Source: an uncultured Gemmatimonadaceae bacterium
Lineage (GTDB): Bacteria; Gemmatimonadota; Gemmatimonadetes; Gemmatimonadales; Gemmatimonadaceae
NCBI GenBank assembly: GCA_963740355.1
Contig: CAVUDW010000003.1
Coordinates: 1,440,001 to 1,504,000 of the forward strand
Reading direction: 5' to 3'
Length of the DNA stretch: 64,000 nucleotides
In this document: piece after piece, positions 8,039 to 18,475 of the stretch
Layout of the letters: the number at the start of each line of letters is the position of its first letter
Numbering within the stretch: the stretch's first letter is position 1
The notes under the pieces: model-generated
The model's input: only the letters and a program-made list of their open reading frames with translations
What the model was told of the DNA's origin: nothing
Database searches by the model: none
Program-made: the position numbers and the translations under genes

Positions 8039-10747
8039 ATGCCCAGCACCACGCTCCCCGTGCTCACAGCCGCCCTCGCGGACCGGTACCGCGTGCTCCG
8101 GGAACTCGGGGCCGGCGGCATGGCGACAGTCTATCTGGCGCAGGACATCCGGCACGAGCGTGACGTCGCCATCAAGGTGCTGCACCCCGACCTCGGGGCC
8201 GCCCTCGGTGCCGATCGCTTCCTGACCGAGATCAAGGTCACCGCCAAGCTGCAGCACCCGCACATCCTGCCGCTGCTCGACTCCGGATCGGCCGAGGGGC
8301 TGCTCTACTACGTCATGCCGCTGGTCACCGGCGAGACGCTGCGCACGCGCCTCACGCGCGAGAAGTTGCTGCCGATCAGCGATGCGATCACCATCGCGCG
8401 CGAAGTCGCCGACGCCCTCGAGCACGCACACTCGCTCGGCATCATCCATCGCGACATCAAGCCGGAGAACATCCTGCTGCAGGGCGGCCACGCCGTCGTC
8501 GCCGACTTCGGGATCGCGCTCGCGGTGCAGACCGCCGGTGGCGCGCGCATGACGCAGACCGGGCTCTCGCTCGGCACGCCGCAGTACATGAGCCCCGAGC
8601 AGGCGATGGGCGAGCGCGTCATCGACGCCCGCAGCGACATCTACGCGCTCGGCGCCGTGACGTACGAGATGCTGACCGGTGATCCACCATTCGTCGGCAA
8701 CACCGTGCAGGCGATCGTCGCCAAGGTGCTCACCGAACGGCCGACCGCACCAACCGCGGTGCGCGACACCGTCACCTTCGGCGTCGAAGCCGCGGTGATG
8801 AAGGCGCTGGCGAAGATTCCAGCCGATCGATTTGCCCACGCCGCCGATTTCGGCGCGGCGTTGCTGCACTCCACCACCGGTGACAACGCCTACGCCATTT
8901 CTGGTGCCACGCGATCGGCGCTGGCACCGAAGAAGATCTACAAGCAGCCGATCGCTCTCGGCCTGATCGCCACCACGCTCGCCGCCAGCGCGATGGCACT
9001 CTGGATGGCGCTCACGCCAACCGCCGTCGCGACGACGACAACGCAGCGGGTGCGGTTCGAGGTGTCGCTCCCCGACAGCATCAGTCTCGATGAGGTCTAT
9101 CCCTGGCCGGGGGCGATCTCACCCGACGCCAGTGAGTTCGTGTTCGCCGGCGAGGTGAATGGCGGCCCGATTCGACTCTTCCGACGCCGACTGAGTCAAC
9201 TGGAGATCACGGCGCTGCCAGCGGCATTCGGCGTGTCGAATCAGTTGATGTACTCCCCCGACGGGAAGTGGCTGGCTGGTGAAGGCGACGTCGTCCATGT
9301 GCTGCGCAAGATCCGGCTCGCCGATGGTGCCATCTCCGACGTCTGCACCTGCAGCGCGGCCAACGGTGGCGATTGGGGTGCGCAGAATGAGTTCGTGCTC
9401 GGATTCGAGGGGACCCATCGTGGGCTGACACGCGTCAGCGCCGATGGCGGCACACCCACACCGCTCACGCAGACACCAGCCGGCGATTCGATCACCACGC
9501 ACATGTACCCGATCTTCGCTGGCAACAGCGATGTGATCGTGTTCAGCATCTTCACGCAGTGGCTCAACTCGGCGGAATTGGCGGCGACCTCGCTCAAGGA
9601 CGGCACAGTCACCAAGCTTGGCATCAAGGGTGTGCGCACGATGGCCGTGCAGAACGGCAAGATCATCTATGCACGCGCCGATGGTGTGCTGATGGCCGTG
9701 CCATTCGACGTCGAGGCGCGCAAGGTCACTGGCACGCCGCAGCCGGTGCGCGACGTGCCACCCGTCGGCTTCAACCAGAACGGCAACTCGCGTCTCGTGG
9801 TTGGCCGCAACGGCGGCATGCTGACGCTCGAGATGCATCTCTATTCGTTGCTCGGCTGGGCCAAGGGCAACGAGGCGCCCACACTCGTCTCGCGTGTGCA
9901 ACGTGAATACACGCAGCCGCCGAGGCTCTCGCCCGATGGCACGAGGGTGGTGGCCGAGATGGGCGATGTGACGTCGTCGCAGATCTGGGTGATCACGATC
10001 GCGTCGGGCGCCATGACACGCCTGTCCACCTCGCAGTGGTCCAGCAATCCCACCTGGTCGCCTGACGGCCGGTCGATCTACTATCTGGCCGCGGATGGTG
10101 ATTCGTTGCGTGTCGTGCGACAGCCGGCGGACGGCGGAGGCAGCCCAAAGAGCCTGGCGACACTCGAGTTCCATTCGCTCTGGCCCTTCCCCACCCCAGA
10201 CGGCAGCGCCGCCATCTATCGTGGCGAAAGCAGCGGCAACAACGACATCCGCATCGTCTCGCTGCGCGACGGGCTCAATGCGCGCAGCAAGCCCTACATC
10301 GCCACGCAGTACAACGAACTCGCGGACAACTTCAGCGCGAACGGTCGCTGGTTCCCGGTGCGATCCGATGAATCCGGCCGGTACGAGCTGAGCATCCGAT
10401 CCTATCCCGATCCCTCCTTCCGGCTGACCGTGTCATCGGATGGTGTGTCCGATCGTCCATTCTGGTCACCGGACGGCAACGTGTTGTACTACACCAATGG
10501 CGCCGGCGCACTGATCGCGTTGCACCTGAGTGGTGACAGTACCTCCCTCAGCGTGACCTCGCGCGAGGTGATTCGCCCGGCACCCCGAACGAGGTCGAGC
10601 GATACGACGGAGGCCGAAATCGTACAGCCGCGGGCTCCCGATGTGCGGTTCACCCCCAGCGCCATCGCAGCTGATGGCCGTCTATTCGGCCGAGTGAACC
10701 CGGTGATCACGAAACGGCTGATCATCGAGCCGAACTGGCGGCCGTGA
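8039..10747 (+). CDS. Ser/Thr protein kinase with TM helix and C-terminal TolB/WD40-like beta-propeller
   Basis: GAGGMATVY, VAIKV, HRDIKPEN, DFG, GTPQYMSPE; repeated SPDG motifs. Confidence 0.92.
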   Translation: MPSTTLPVLTAALADRYRVLRELGAGGMATVYLAQDIRHERDVAIKVLHPDLGAALGADRFLTEIKVTAKLQHPHILPLLDSGSAEGLLYYVMPLVTGETLRTRLTREKLLPISDAITIAREVADALEHAHSLGIIHRDIKPENILLQGGHAVVADFGIALAVQTAGGARMTQTGLSLGTPQYMSPEQAMGERVIDARSDIYALGAVTYEMLTGDPPFVGNTVQAIVAKVLTERPTAPTAVRDTVTFGVEAAVMKALAKIPADRFAHAADFGAALLHSTTGDNAYAISGATRSALAPKKIYKQPIALGLIATTLAASAMALWMALTPTAVATTTTQRVRFEVSLPDSISLDEVYPWPGAISPDASEFVFAGEVNGGPIRLFRRRLSQLEITALPAAFGVSNQLMYSPDGKWLAGEGDVVHVLRKIRLADGAISDVCTCSAANGGDWGAQNEFVLGFEGTHRGLTRVSADGGTPTPLTQTPAGDSITTHMYPIFAGNSDVIVFSIFTQWLNSAELAATSLKDGTVTKLGIKGVRTMAVQNGKIIYARADGVLMAVPFDVEARKVTGTPQPVRDVPPVGFNQNGNSRLVVGRNGGMLTLEMHLYSLLGWAKGNEAPTLVSRVQREYTQPPRLSPDGTRVVAEMGDVTSSQIWVITIASGAMTRLSTSQWSSNPTWSPDGRSIYYLAADGDSLRVVRQPADGGGSPKSLATLEFHSLWPFPTPDGSAAIYRGESSGNNDIRIVSLRDGLNARSKPYIATQYNELADNFSANGRWFPVRSDESGRYELSIRSYPDPSFRLTVSSDGVSDRPFWSPDGNVLYYTNGAGALIALHLSGDSTSLSVTSREVIRPAPRTRSSDTTEAEIVQPRAPDVRFTPSAIAADGRLFGRVNPVITKRLIIEPNWRP

Positions 10748-10790
10748 ACGAACTGCGCCCGTCATTGCTGTCTTCTCGCGAACCACGGTC

Positions 10791-12008
10791 ATGCCGAGCA
10801 CGATCAAGATCCTGTATGTCTTTCCGGCGACGTATTTCTCTCCACCGTGGGCTGTCTGTTCGCAGATCGTCAGGAATCTCGATCATTCGATGTTCGAGAC
10901 GTTCGTCGTGCTCGACACACTCGGCTCAGGCGGCGTCGGCCTCGATGACATGCCTGGGGCGCGCCTGCTCCGCCTTCCACTGGGCTCCGCGATCGACCGC
11001 GCGAAGCAGGGCAGCCTTGGCGGCCTGATCGCGCTGTGTCGATCCTGCGCGCGGATACTCGGCATCGTCCGCTCGGAGCGCATCGACATCATTCACACCA
11101 CCGATGACGGCACGTCGCTGGTGCTGGCGTCGATGCTGGCGCTGCTCACCCGTCGCAAATTGCTCGTGCACTATCACACCGGCCCGAGCCTCTTCAGCGG
11201 ATTGCGGCTGGCGCTGACGCGCTTCGTCGGTCGGCTGGCGTCGGCCAACATCGCCGTCTCACGATTCATGGTCGGGGAACTGCAGCCACTGGGCCTGCGC
11301 CCCAAGTCGCTCAGCTACGTGCTGAATGCCGTGAGTACCACGCGGTTCAGCCCCGAGGTCAACGGTCAGCGCCTGCGGCAGGAGTTCGGCTTTGCCGGCT
11401 CGGATGTCGTGGTGCTGCAGCTGTCGCGCGTCTGGCAGCCCAAGCGGCAGGTCGATTTCATTCGGGCACTGGCAATCGCTCGACAGGATGCGCCGCAGTT
11501 GCGCGGGTTGATCGTCGGCTGGGAATCACCGGACTATCAGGGCGAATTCGGTAGCTATCGCGCAAAGCTCGAGGCTCTCGCCACGGAGTTGGGCGTGCGC
11601 GACGCGGTGACGTTCAGTCACGCCAGGCCCGAGTCCGACCAACTACACGCCGCATCGGACATCGGCATCCTGCCGTCCATCGGTGAGCCGTTTGGTCTGG
11701 TGGTGATCGAATCGATGGCGTCGGGCAAGCCATTCATCGGGACGTTGTCTGGCGGAATACCCGAGATTCTGGTGGACGGTGAGACCGGGTTCCTGGTGCC
11801 CGTGCAATCGCCCGAACGCATTGCGGCGTTACTGGTGCGACTGGCGCATGATCCGGCACTGCGTGAACGCATCGGGCGCAGCGCTCGCGAGGCGGTGCTC
11901 GCGTCATTCAGCGAGCCGCGCCTCGCGAGCGAGATGGGGGCGATCTACACGGCGGTCCACACTAGCGCTGCGCTGCCGAATCACAGCACTGCAACGAGAG
12001 CCGAGTGA
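10791..12008 (+). CDS. Glycosyltransferase family 4
   Basis: EPFGLVVIESMASGKP, GGIPEILVDGETGFLV. Confidence 0.9.
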   Translation: MPSTIKILYVFPATYFSPPWAVCSQIVRNLDHSMFETFVVLDTLGSGGVGLDDMPGARLLRLPLGSAIDRAKQGSLGGLIALCRSCARILGIVRSERIDIIHTTDDGTSLVLASMLALLTRRKLLVHYHTGPSLFSGLRLALTRFVGRLASANIAVSRFMVGELQPLGLRPKSLSYVLNAVSTTRFSPEVNGQRLRQEFGFAGSDVVVLQLSRVWQPKRQVDFIRALAIARQDAPQLRGLIVGWESPDYQGEFGSYRAKLEALATELGVRDAVTFSHARPESDQLHAASDIGILPSIGEPFGLVVIESMASGKPFIGTLSGGIPEILVDGETGFLVPVQSPERIAALLVRLAHDPALRERIGRSAREAVLASFSEPRLASEMGAIYTAVHTSAALPNHSTATRAE

Positions 12009-12012
12009 TCCC

Positions 12013-14076
12013 TCACTTCATCGTTGACTCGGCATTCAGGTACTGCCCGTACCAATCCAGGTACCGCTGCAATCGGTCACGCACGAAAGAGGGTCGCGTG
12101 ATCCCGTGGAACTGCTCGGGATAGATGACCATCTTCGTCGGCACGCCGATGGAACGCAGCGCCTGGTACATCTGCTCGCCGCCGATGATCGGCACATTGA
12201 AGTCGCTCTGCCCGCCAAGGAAGAGCGTCGGCGTGGTGATGCGATCGGCGTGCCAGAACGGATAGGAGAGCTTGTCCCACAACGGCTTGTTCTTCCACGG
12301 TACGCCGAGCTCGTTCTCGTACTGGTAGATGTACTGATCACTGCCGTACATCGACGTTTGCAGCGCGCTGCCCGCACCGCTGTACGCGGCCTTGAAACGC
12401 GTCGTGGTCGCGATGGTGTAGTCGGTGAGGATGCCGCCGTAGCTCCAGCCGCCGATGCCCAGTCGATCGGGATCGGCGATGCCCTGCGCGACGAGATAGT
12501 CGACGCCGGCCAGCAGGTCCTTCACTTCCTTGTTTCCCCAGTCAGCGAAGATCGCCTTCTTCCACGCCACGCCGCGGCCTGAGCTGCCACGATAGTTCAC
12601 TGCCAGCACCAGGTAGCCCTGCGCCGCGAACAGCTGCCGCTCCAGCGCGGCGCCGGGTCCGAAGAGATGCTCGTCCTGCCCGTTCGGACCACCATGAATC
12701 GACAGCACCAGCGGATATCGCTTGCCTGGTGTGAACCCCGCAGGCTTGAACAACAGTGCGCCGACCGTCACGCCATCGGTGCTTCCGAACTGCACGTCCT
12801 CCACTGCACCGAGCTGCAGCACGTTCATAATTGAGTCGTTCACGTGGGTCAGCACACGTTGCGACCCGTTCTCGAAGGCATGGAGTTCAGCCGGGGCCAG
12901 TGACGTGCCATCGCGCGTTACGATCTTGCCACTAGGCAGCATGTCGTAGGCATTCACGACCCGTCGCCCATCGAGCAGCCGCCGCACAGCGCCCCCTTTC
13001 GCATCAACGCTCGCCAGGTGCGCAGCGCGATCATCGCTGACGAGGAACTGCAGGCTGCGTCCGTCGCCGCTCCAGGTGAGTGAACCCACATCGCGGTCGA
13101 GGGATGGCGCTGGATACGTCGGCGTGCCACCACGGCTTGGGATGACGGCGATCCGAGACTGCGAGTAGGCGGAGAACTTTGGCTCGTTCGACTCGAGGTA
13201 GGCGATCGATGCCCCATCGGGGCTCCACATCGGACCTGCATCATCGCCAATCCAGGTCGTGACCGCGACAGGCTTTGCGCCGACCGTGGCATCGATGGTG
13301 AAGATGTCCGAGTTGTTCTCGCGATCCGGATCCGCCCCCACACGCGCGCTTACGAATGCGATGCGCGTCCCATCCGGCGACCACTGCGGTGCACTGTCGT
13401 CGAAGTCGCCCGACGTCAACTGCGTGCCAGCCTTCGACGCGACGTCCACCAGCCACAGATGGTCGCGCAGTCTATTCCGGTATCCATCCACATCTCGCTT
13501 GAACGCGTACCGGTCGATCACGATCGGCTTGGCGCGCGACTTGGACGAGTCGGCACTGCTGTCCTTCGGCTCGGGATCATGCGCGATCACGACCAACCGC
13601 TTGCTGTCCGGCGACCAGTGGTGTTCCGAGACCCCGCCAGCGATGTCGGTCATCTTCTGCGCCTCGCCACCGGAGCGATCGAGCAGCCAGACCTGTCCCG
13701 TCTTCGCACCTTCACGAGTCGCGATGAAAGACAGCCAGCGACCGTCCGGACTCCACTGCGGATCCGACTCGCCGCCCGGAGTCGTGGTGAGGCGCAGTGT
13801 CCGCGAGCCATCCCATCGCACCATCCAGAGATCGGAGCTGCGCGAGTCCTTCGCCGAATCGATCGTCGCGACGGAATAGGCGATCCACTCTCCATCCGGC
13901 GACAGGCGCGGCGCACCAACGGTTTTCAGCCGGTACATATCATCGGCGCGGATCGGGCGGCGGGCCGATGCCGCACTCTGCGTCGGCGCCGGTGCTTGCG
14001 CGTGCAGCGGGGCCAGTGGAGCCAGCAGCGACAGCGTGATGCCCAGAGAGCTGATGACGCGCGTGGTGATGATCAT
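12013..14076 (-). CDS. S9 family peptidase (dipeptidyl aminopeptidase/acylaminoacyl peptidase)
   Basis: Signal peptide, WSPDG propeller repeats, IHGGP, GGWSYGG nucleophile, D..VP and H catalytic motifs. Confidence 0.9.
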   Translation of the reverse strand: MIITTRVISSLGITLSLLAPLAPLHAQAPAPTQSAASARRPIRADDMYRLKTVGAPRLSPDGEWIAYSVATIDSAKDSRSSDLWMVRWDGSRTLRLTTTPGGESDPQWSPDGRWLSFIATREGAKTGQVWLLDRSGGEAQKMTDIAGGVSEHHWSPDSKRLVVIAHDPEPKDSSADSSKSRAKPIVIDRYAFKRDVDGYRNRLRDHLWLVDVASKAGTQLTSGDFDDSAPQWSPDGTRIAFVSARVGADPDRENNSDIFTIDATVGAKPVAVTTWIGDDAGPMWSPDGASIAYLESNEPKFSAYSQSRIAVIPSRGGTPTYPAPSLDRDVGSLTWSGDGRSLQFLVSDDRAAHLASVDAKGGAVRRLLDGRRVVNAYDMLPSGKIVTRDGTSLAPAELHAFENGSQRVLTHVNDSIMNVLQLGAVEDVQFGSTDGVTVGALLFKPAGFTPGKRYPLVLSIHGGPNGQDEHLFGPGAALERQLFAAQGYLVLAVNYRGSSGRGVAWKKAIFADWGNKEVKDLLAGVDYLVAQGIADPDRLGIGGWSYGGILTDYTIATTTRFKAAYSGAGSALQTSMYGSDQYIYQYENELGVPWKNKPLWDKLSYPFWHADRITTPTLFLGGQSDFNVPIIGGEQMYQALRSIGVPTKMVIYPEQFHGITRPSFVRDRLQRYLDWYGQYLNAESTMK

Positions 14077-14217
14077 GTTCGGAGGGATGGCTGGCAGACC
14101 GGACCGGGGACGCAGCAAAGTAGCCGACGCCACTCGTATCGGCGTTCAGTCGCGCGGTCACGGACCGTGCGACCAGCCTTCGGAGTGGCGCCGGCTGCAT
14201 GGCCATACGCGCCAGGG

Positions 14218-14688
14218 TTACGGCTTCCGGGTCGCCTCGATGACCAGCGCGCGCACCGAGTCGGCCGTCTTCACGCTGTAGTGCGCCGTGGATGTGCCGA
14301 CCAACTTTCCGTCGCGCATCCTGATCACGCCGGCCGTGGTCACCTTCACCCCTTTCCGCAGGATGCTCGAGTAGGGCCCGGCTGACGTCATCGCACTGTC
14401 GCCACTCACCGTCACCGTCATCGGGATGGCCGGCCGACCAGGGAAGGTGAGTTTCCATCCTGCGGCATCGGCCGTCGCCTCCAACTCCGCCGTCACCAGC
14501 ACGGTGTCACCGGTCGGTGTCTTGGCGACGTACGTCCACTTGCCAGCCGCATCAGCGAGCGAGAACGCCGGAGGTGGAGCCGGCGCTGGTGCCTGCTCGG
14601 CCGCAGGTGCAGGCGTCGCCTCGGGAGCCTTCTCTTTCGAGCTGCAGCCAGCGACAACGATCAGCAGCGCAATTCTGGACGCGCGCAT
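14218..14688 (-). CDS. Hypothetical lipoprotein
   Basis: Lipobox VAGC, Pro/Ala linker, beta-barrel-like C-terminus; upstream GGAGG RBS. Confidence 0.7.
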   Translation of the reverse strand: MRASRIALLIVVAGCSSKEKAPEATPAPAAEQAPAPAPPPAFSLADAAGKWTYVAKTPTGDTVLVTAELEATADAAGWKLTFPGRPAIPMTVTVSGDSAMTSAGPYSSILRKGVKVTTAGVIRMRDGKLVGTSTAHYSVKTADSVRALVIEATRKP

Positions 14689-15058
14689 CGGAACCTCCGT
14701 CAGAAGGGAAACAGCGGTGTGGAAAACGCAGCAGCGAACCCAGCATCTGCTTCAAACCGCGCATCATCGCGTGTCGAACTACCAACGACTCCAAGCCACA
14801 AGGCCCCGGAAAGGCGCGCAGCAATTGCACTGCGGTAGATCGGCTGCACATACACTGCGACACCGGTGGCGAGACGATGGGAGAGTGTGCATGAAAACGC
14901 AATGACGCGAGACGTCAGCCTGAAACGCCCGGTGCTGGCGACACCGTATCGAGTGGCGCGACCGCAGCACCTGCGCCAAGATTGCGCATGCGAGTCGGCT
15001 TCGGACACGCCGACGCATCCGCCGATCGGCACGACCGAGACCTCTGATCCCGTCTGCC

Positions 15059-16000
15059 ATGTGCTCCGTACGACTCTGCACAACTCTCGCAGCCGGCGCC
15101 ATCTCGGCGAGTCTTTTCGCCCCGCCAGTGCTGGCCCAGTCGTTTCCCGAGCGCTGTGGCACGGGCATCCCGGCTGATGAGAAGCGTGGCTACACCCCGC
15201 TCCCTCGCGGCGATGTGTTCTGCCAGCTCGTCGCGGACCCGAAGGCCCCGCGTTCGTTCGTGACGATCGTGCGCGCACGCGAGGACAGCGGCGTAACGAC
15301 CAGAAGCGGCAACCTCGCGTCGGTCGGCATCGGCGACGTGTTCCCACTCGGCCGATGGTCAGGGAGCCAATCCGGTGACGGGCTGCAAGTCTCGCTCTCC
15401 GCCGGTGTCTTCGCGCAGTTCGACCTCGCGACGGAGTCGTATGACCTGCTCAACGCCGATTACACGATCGGCATCCCCATCACCTGGCGCCGAGGCCGGA
15501 ACTCGGCGCGCGTGCGCATCTATCACCAGAGCTCTCACCTCGGTGATGAGTACCTGCTGCGCGAGCCAGCCGACCGACAGGACCGCGAGAACTTGTCGTT
15601 CGAGTCGGTCGAAGTCCTGCTGTCTCGCGACCTCGGCGCGTTGCGGATGTATGGCGGCGGCGAATGGCTGGTGAATCGCGAGCCGGCCGACCTCGCCCGT
15701 TCGCTTGCGCACGCCGGGATCGAGTTCCGTCCGAGCACGTTCGTGATCCCGCTGCGCCGTCTCGGTGGCTTCCGCTTCGTGGCCGCGACGGATGTGAAGG
15801 CGTCGCAGGAGCAGGACTGGAAGCCGAGCATCAGCGCGCGGGCTGGGCTCGAGTATGATCGCGCAGCGGGTGGCAGCGAGCCGGCGTCCCGGCGCTGGGG
15901 CTTATTCGCAGAGTATTACGAAGGTCCATCGCCGTACGGGCAGTTCTTTCGCGAGCGGGTGAGGTACACGGGGGTCGGGGTGCATTTCAGCGGGTTTTGA
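15059..16000 (+). CDS. DUF1207-like outer-membrane protein
   Basis: LVADPKAPR, DLLNADY, RIYHQSSHLGDEYLL, GPSPYGQF motifs. Confidence 0.75.
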   Translation: MCSVRLCTTLAAGAISASLFAPPVLAQSFPERCGTGIPADEKRGYTPLPRGDVFCQLVADPKAPRSFVTIVRAREDSGVTTRSGNLASVGIGDVFPLGRWSGSQSGDGLQVSLSAGVFAQFDLATESYDLLNADYTIGIPITWRRGRNSARVRIYHQSSHLGDEYLLREPADRQDRENLSFESVEVLLSRDLGALRMYGGGEWLVNREPADLARSLAHAGIEFRPSTFVIPLRRLGGFRFVAATDVKASQEQDWKPSISARAGLEYDRAAGGSEPASRRWGLFAEYYEGPSPYGQFFRERVRYTGVGVHFSGF

Positions 16001-16182
16001 GGCGGTATCGTACTCGCCCAATGCGGGACCTCGTCGCGGCGCTGTCACTGGCGGCATGTACGTTACGAAGCTGTCGCGTCGACCGGGCCGAATAGTGCGT
16101 GCCAGGCGGCTCTGGCGCAGTGTTGCTGGAGGTCGTGTCAGACGCATCACGAAGTTTCCACGCACACACGTCAAGGGGACGC

Positions 16183-16635
16183 ATGCCTGACCATTCACCG
16201 AGCAACGCCTTCAACCTGCAGCGGTTCGTGACGGCGCAGGACGCGAACGATACGTTCAAGCACGCCTTGACCGAGATCACGCGCGGCAAGAAGACGTCGC
16301 ACTGGATGTGGTTCATTTTCCCGCAGCTCGCTGGACTTGGGAAGACCGAGATCGCCAAGACGTACGGCATTGTCGATCGCGCCGAGGCGGAGGCGTATCT
16401 CGCGCACCCGGTGCTTGGGCCGCGTCTCGTCCAATGCGGCGAGGCCGTGCTTGGCGTCACCGGGCGCACTGCAGAAGAGATCTTCGGGCCGGGGGATGCA
16501 CTCAAGCTGCGGTCTTCGGCGACGCTCTTCGCGAGTTGTTCGCCCTCGAGATCGGTCTTCCATCGCGTTCTGGCACGATACTACGGTGACGAGCCAGATG
16601 CGTTGACGGTGAGTCTGTTACATGAAGGTCGCTGA
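16183..16635 (+). CDS. DUF1810 (calpastatin-like) family protein
   Basis: FNLQRFVTAQ..ALTEITRGKKTSHWMWFIFPQLAGLG..YLAHPVLGPRL. Confidence 0.9.
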   Translation: MPDHSPSNAFNLQRFVTAQDANDTFKHALTEITRGKKTSHWMWFIFPQLAGLGKTEIAKTYGIVDRAEAEAYLAHPVLGPRLVQCGEAVLGVTGRTAEEIFGPGDALKLRSSATLFASCSPSRSVFHRVLARYYGDEPDALTVSLLHEGR

Positions 16636-16937
16636 ACACAGAGCACGGGAGGTGCTTGCGTTGCATAATGGACATGGCCCCGCGAACTCGCGAGGCCTTC
16701 CCCTTAGGCGTGAGCGGTCTCTCGTCAGACCGGTAGGGCACGGTGGATCGTCCGCCACCGACGCCACCCCGAAGTAGCTTCGCCAAATCAATCCTGAGTG
16801 TGCAGCGGCACTGTAAACGCGCGGGCACATCGTCGGCGCGCCCTGACTGTTCGTGGCATCGTCGCCCCAGTGGCCCAGTCACCGCTCTCTGTATCCAATA
16901 TCTCGCGGCCCTCGTTAGCCGCCGTGACTACACCGCC

Positions 16938-18317
16938 TCAGCGCCCGCGCTCCCAGCGCACGAGCGCGACGCCGAGGTCCGCCCACATCGTGAACGTCCC
17001 GTCCGAGCCAGACTCGAACGTGTAACGTGCGCGTCCGTCGGTAAATGTCCACGCGTTGTCGGCGTGCGCCGCCACGCGCAGTAGCACAGGTGGCAGCGGG
17101 CCACGCTTCAATCGCAACACGGGCCGACCAGCGGTGTCGGTCGCCTCGCTCACATCGACGTCTGTGGCGTATCGACCGACGAAGGCGCGAAGCGACGGAG
17201 GCTGCGGCACGGCCGCGCCAAAGCGCGTGCCAAGCGCCGCGTCGACGACCGCCGCCGCCACGGCGTCGGGGCGAGTAGGGCCCTGCGTGTTGATGAGAAT
17301 CGTCACGCTGAGCGAGTCATCGGGGAGCCACGCCGTGAAGGTCGTGAAGCCGTCGATGTCACCGCCGTGCTGATATGCGCGGCGTCCCGAAATCTCGCTG
17401 AGTGCGAGCCCGAGGCCGTAGCGCGTACGCCGACCACTTTGAATGGTGCCCGCACGCGTCATCTCGTCGTGACTGGCAGGAGTCATCACACTGCCCCCGT
17501 GCCGCGCGTGCAGCGCGGTGTTCCACGCCGTCAGGTCGGCCGCGGTTCCGCAGAATCCGCCGGCCGCCCACGGAACATTCGGGCTGATGTACCGCGCCGG
17601 GCGGAGACCATCCGGACCCATCGCGTAGCCGCGCGCGAGATGCGGGACGATGCGCTGCGGCGTGCAGAAGTGTGCGCGCACCGCTCCCGCTGGACGCAGC
17701 ACGCGCTCCTCGACGTACGCCGCATACGGACGGCCGCTGATCTTCTCGATCAGCTGGCCGAGCAAAACGAAGCCTGTGTTGCTGTACCGCATCGCCTCGC
17801 CTGGCGCGAAGTACAGCGGCGTGTCGCGCACCAGCGCGAGCAGCGAATCCGGCGGGGGATCGAGGAATCGCAGTGCCTGGCTGCGCGGCTCCTCGGCGTA
17901 GTCCGGCAGGCCGGATGTGTGCGACAGGAGTTGCCGCACCGTGATCGCCTGTCCGCGCACGGGCGCGTCGGGCAGGTAGCGCGTGATCGGCGCATCGAGT
18001 GCCACGCGCCCGTCATCCACCAGCGTCAGAACGGCGGCCGCGGTGAACTGCTTGGTGATCGACGCGAATTGAAAGACATGGTTCACCGACAGCGGTGCGT
18101 CATTCTCGACGTCGGCACGGCCGTAGGCGACGGACGCCAGCGTGTCACGCCCGCGTACCGCGACGGCGACGAATCCAGCCGCGCGCCCTCCGTCCACCGC
18201 CACATGCGCAATCGAGTCGAGCGCGACACGAACGCGGCGCGCACTGGCGTCGCGCGACTGCGCCGTGACTGGTACAGAGAGGACAAGGAGGAGGGCGAAG
18301 ATGACGGGCATACGCAT
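16938..18317 (-). CDS. Serine hydrolase, beta-lactamase/class C-like
   Basis: ASITKQFTA (SxxK), LLSHTSG, YSN, HGGDIDGF. Confidence 0.88.
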   Translation of the reverse strand: MRMPVIFALLLVLSVPVTAQSRDASARRVRVALDSIAHVAVDGGRAAGFVAVAVRGRDTLASVAYGRADVENDAPLSVNHVFQFASITKQFTAAAVLTLVDDGRVALDAPITRYLPDAPVRGQAITVRQLLSHTSGLPDYAEEPRSQALRFLDPPPDSLLALVRDTPLYFAPGEAMRYSNTGFVLLGQLIEKISGRPYAAYVEERVLRPAGAVRAHFCTPQRIVPHLARGYAMGPDGLRPARYISPNVPWAAGGFCGTAADLTAWNTALHARHGGSVMTPASHDEMTRAGTIQSGRRTRYGLGLALSEISGRRAYQHGGDIDGFTTFTAWLPDDSLSVTILINTQGPTRPDAVAAAVVDAALGTRFGAAVPQPPSLRAFVGRYATDVDVSEATDTAGRPVLRLKRGPLPPVLLRVAAHADNAWTFTDGRARYTFESGSDGTFTMWADLGVALVRWERGR

Positions 18318-18475
18318 TGGCGGCGATCGGTAAGAGGTGAGTACCTGATGCTGATTCGACACCTCAGTCGCGCCGAGCGTTGCGTGGGCGCGCTCCGGCT
18401 GGCATCGCGAGACTACCTTCATCGTCCATCACGCCTTCTTGCGCTGGTCAGACGAGTTGCGATGTCGCGACGACA

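Noticed and set aside
16700..16740. CTGACGAG on the minus strand (hammerhead ribozyme core)
   Set aside because: No following stem-GAAA or cleavage-site helix; it is only a small hairpin
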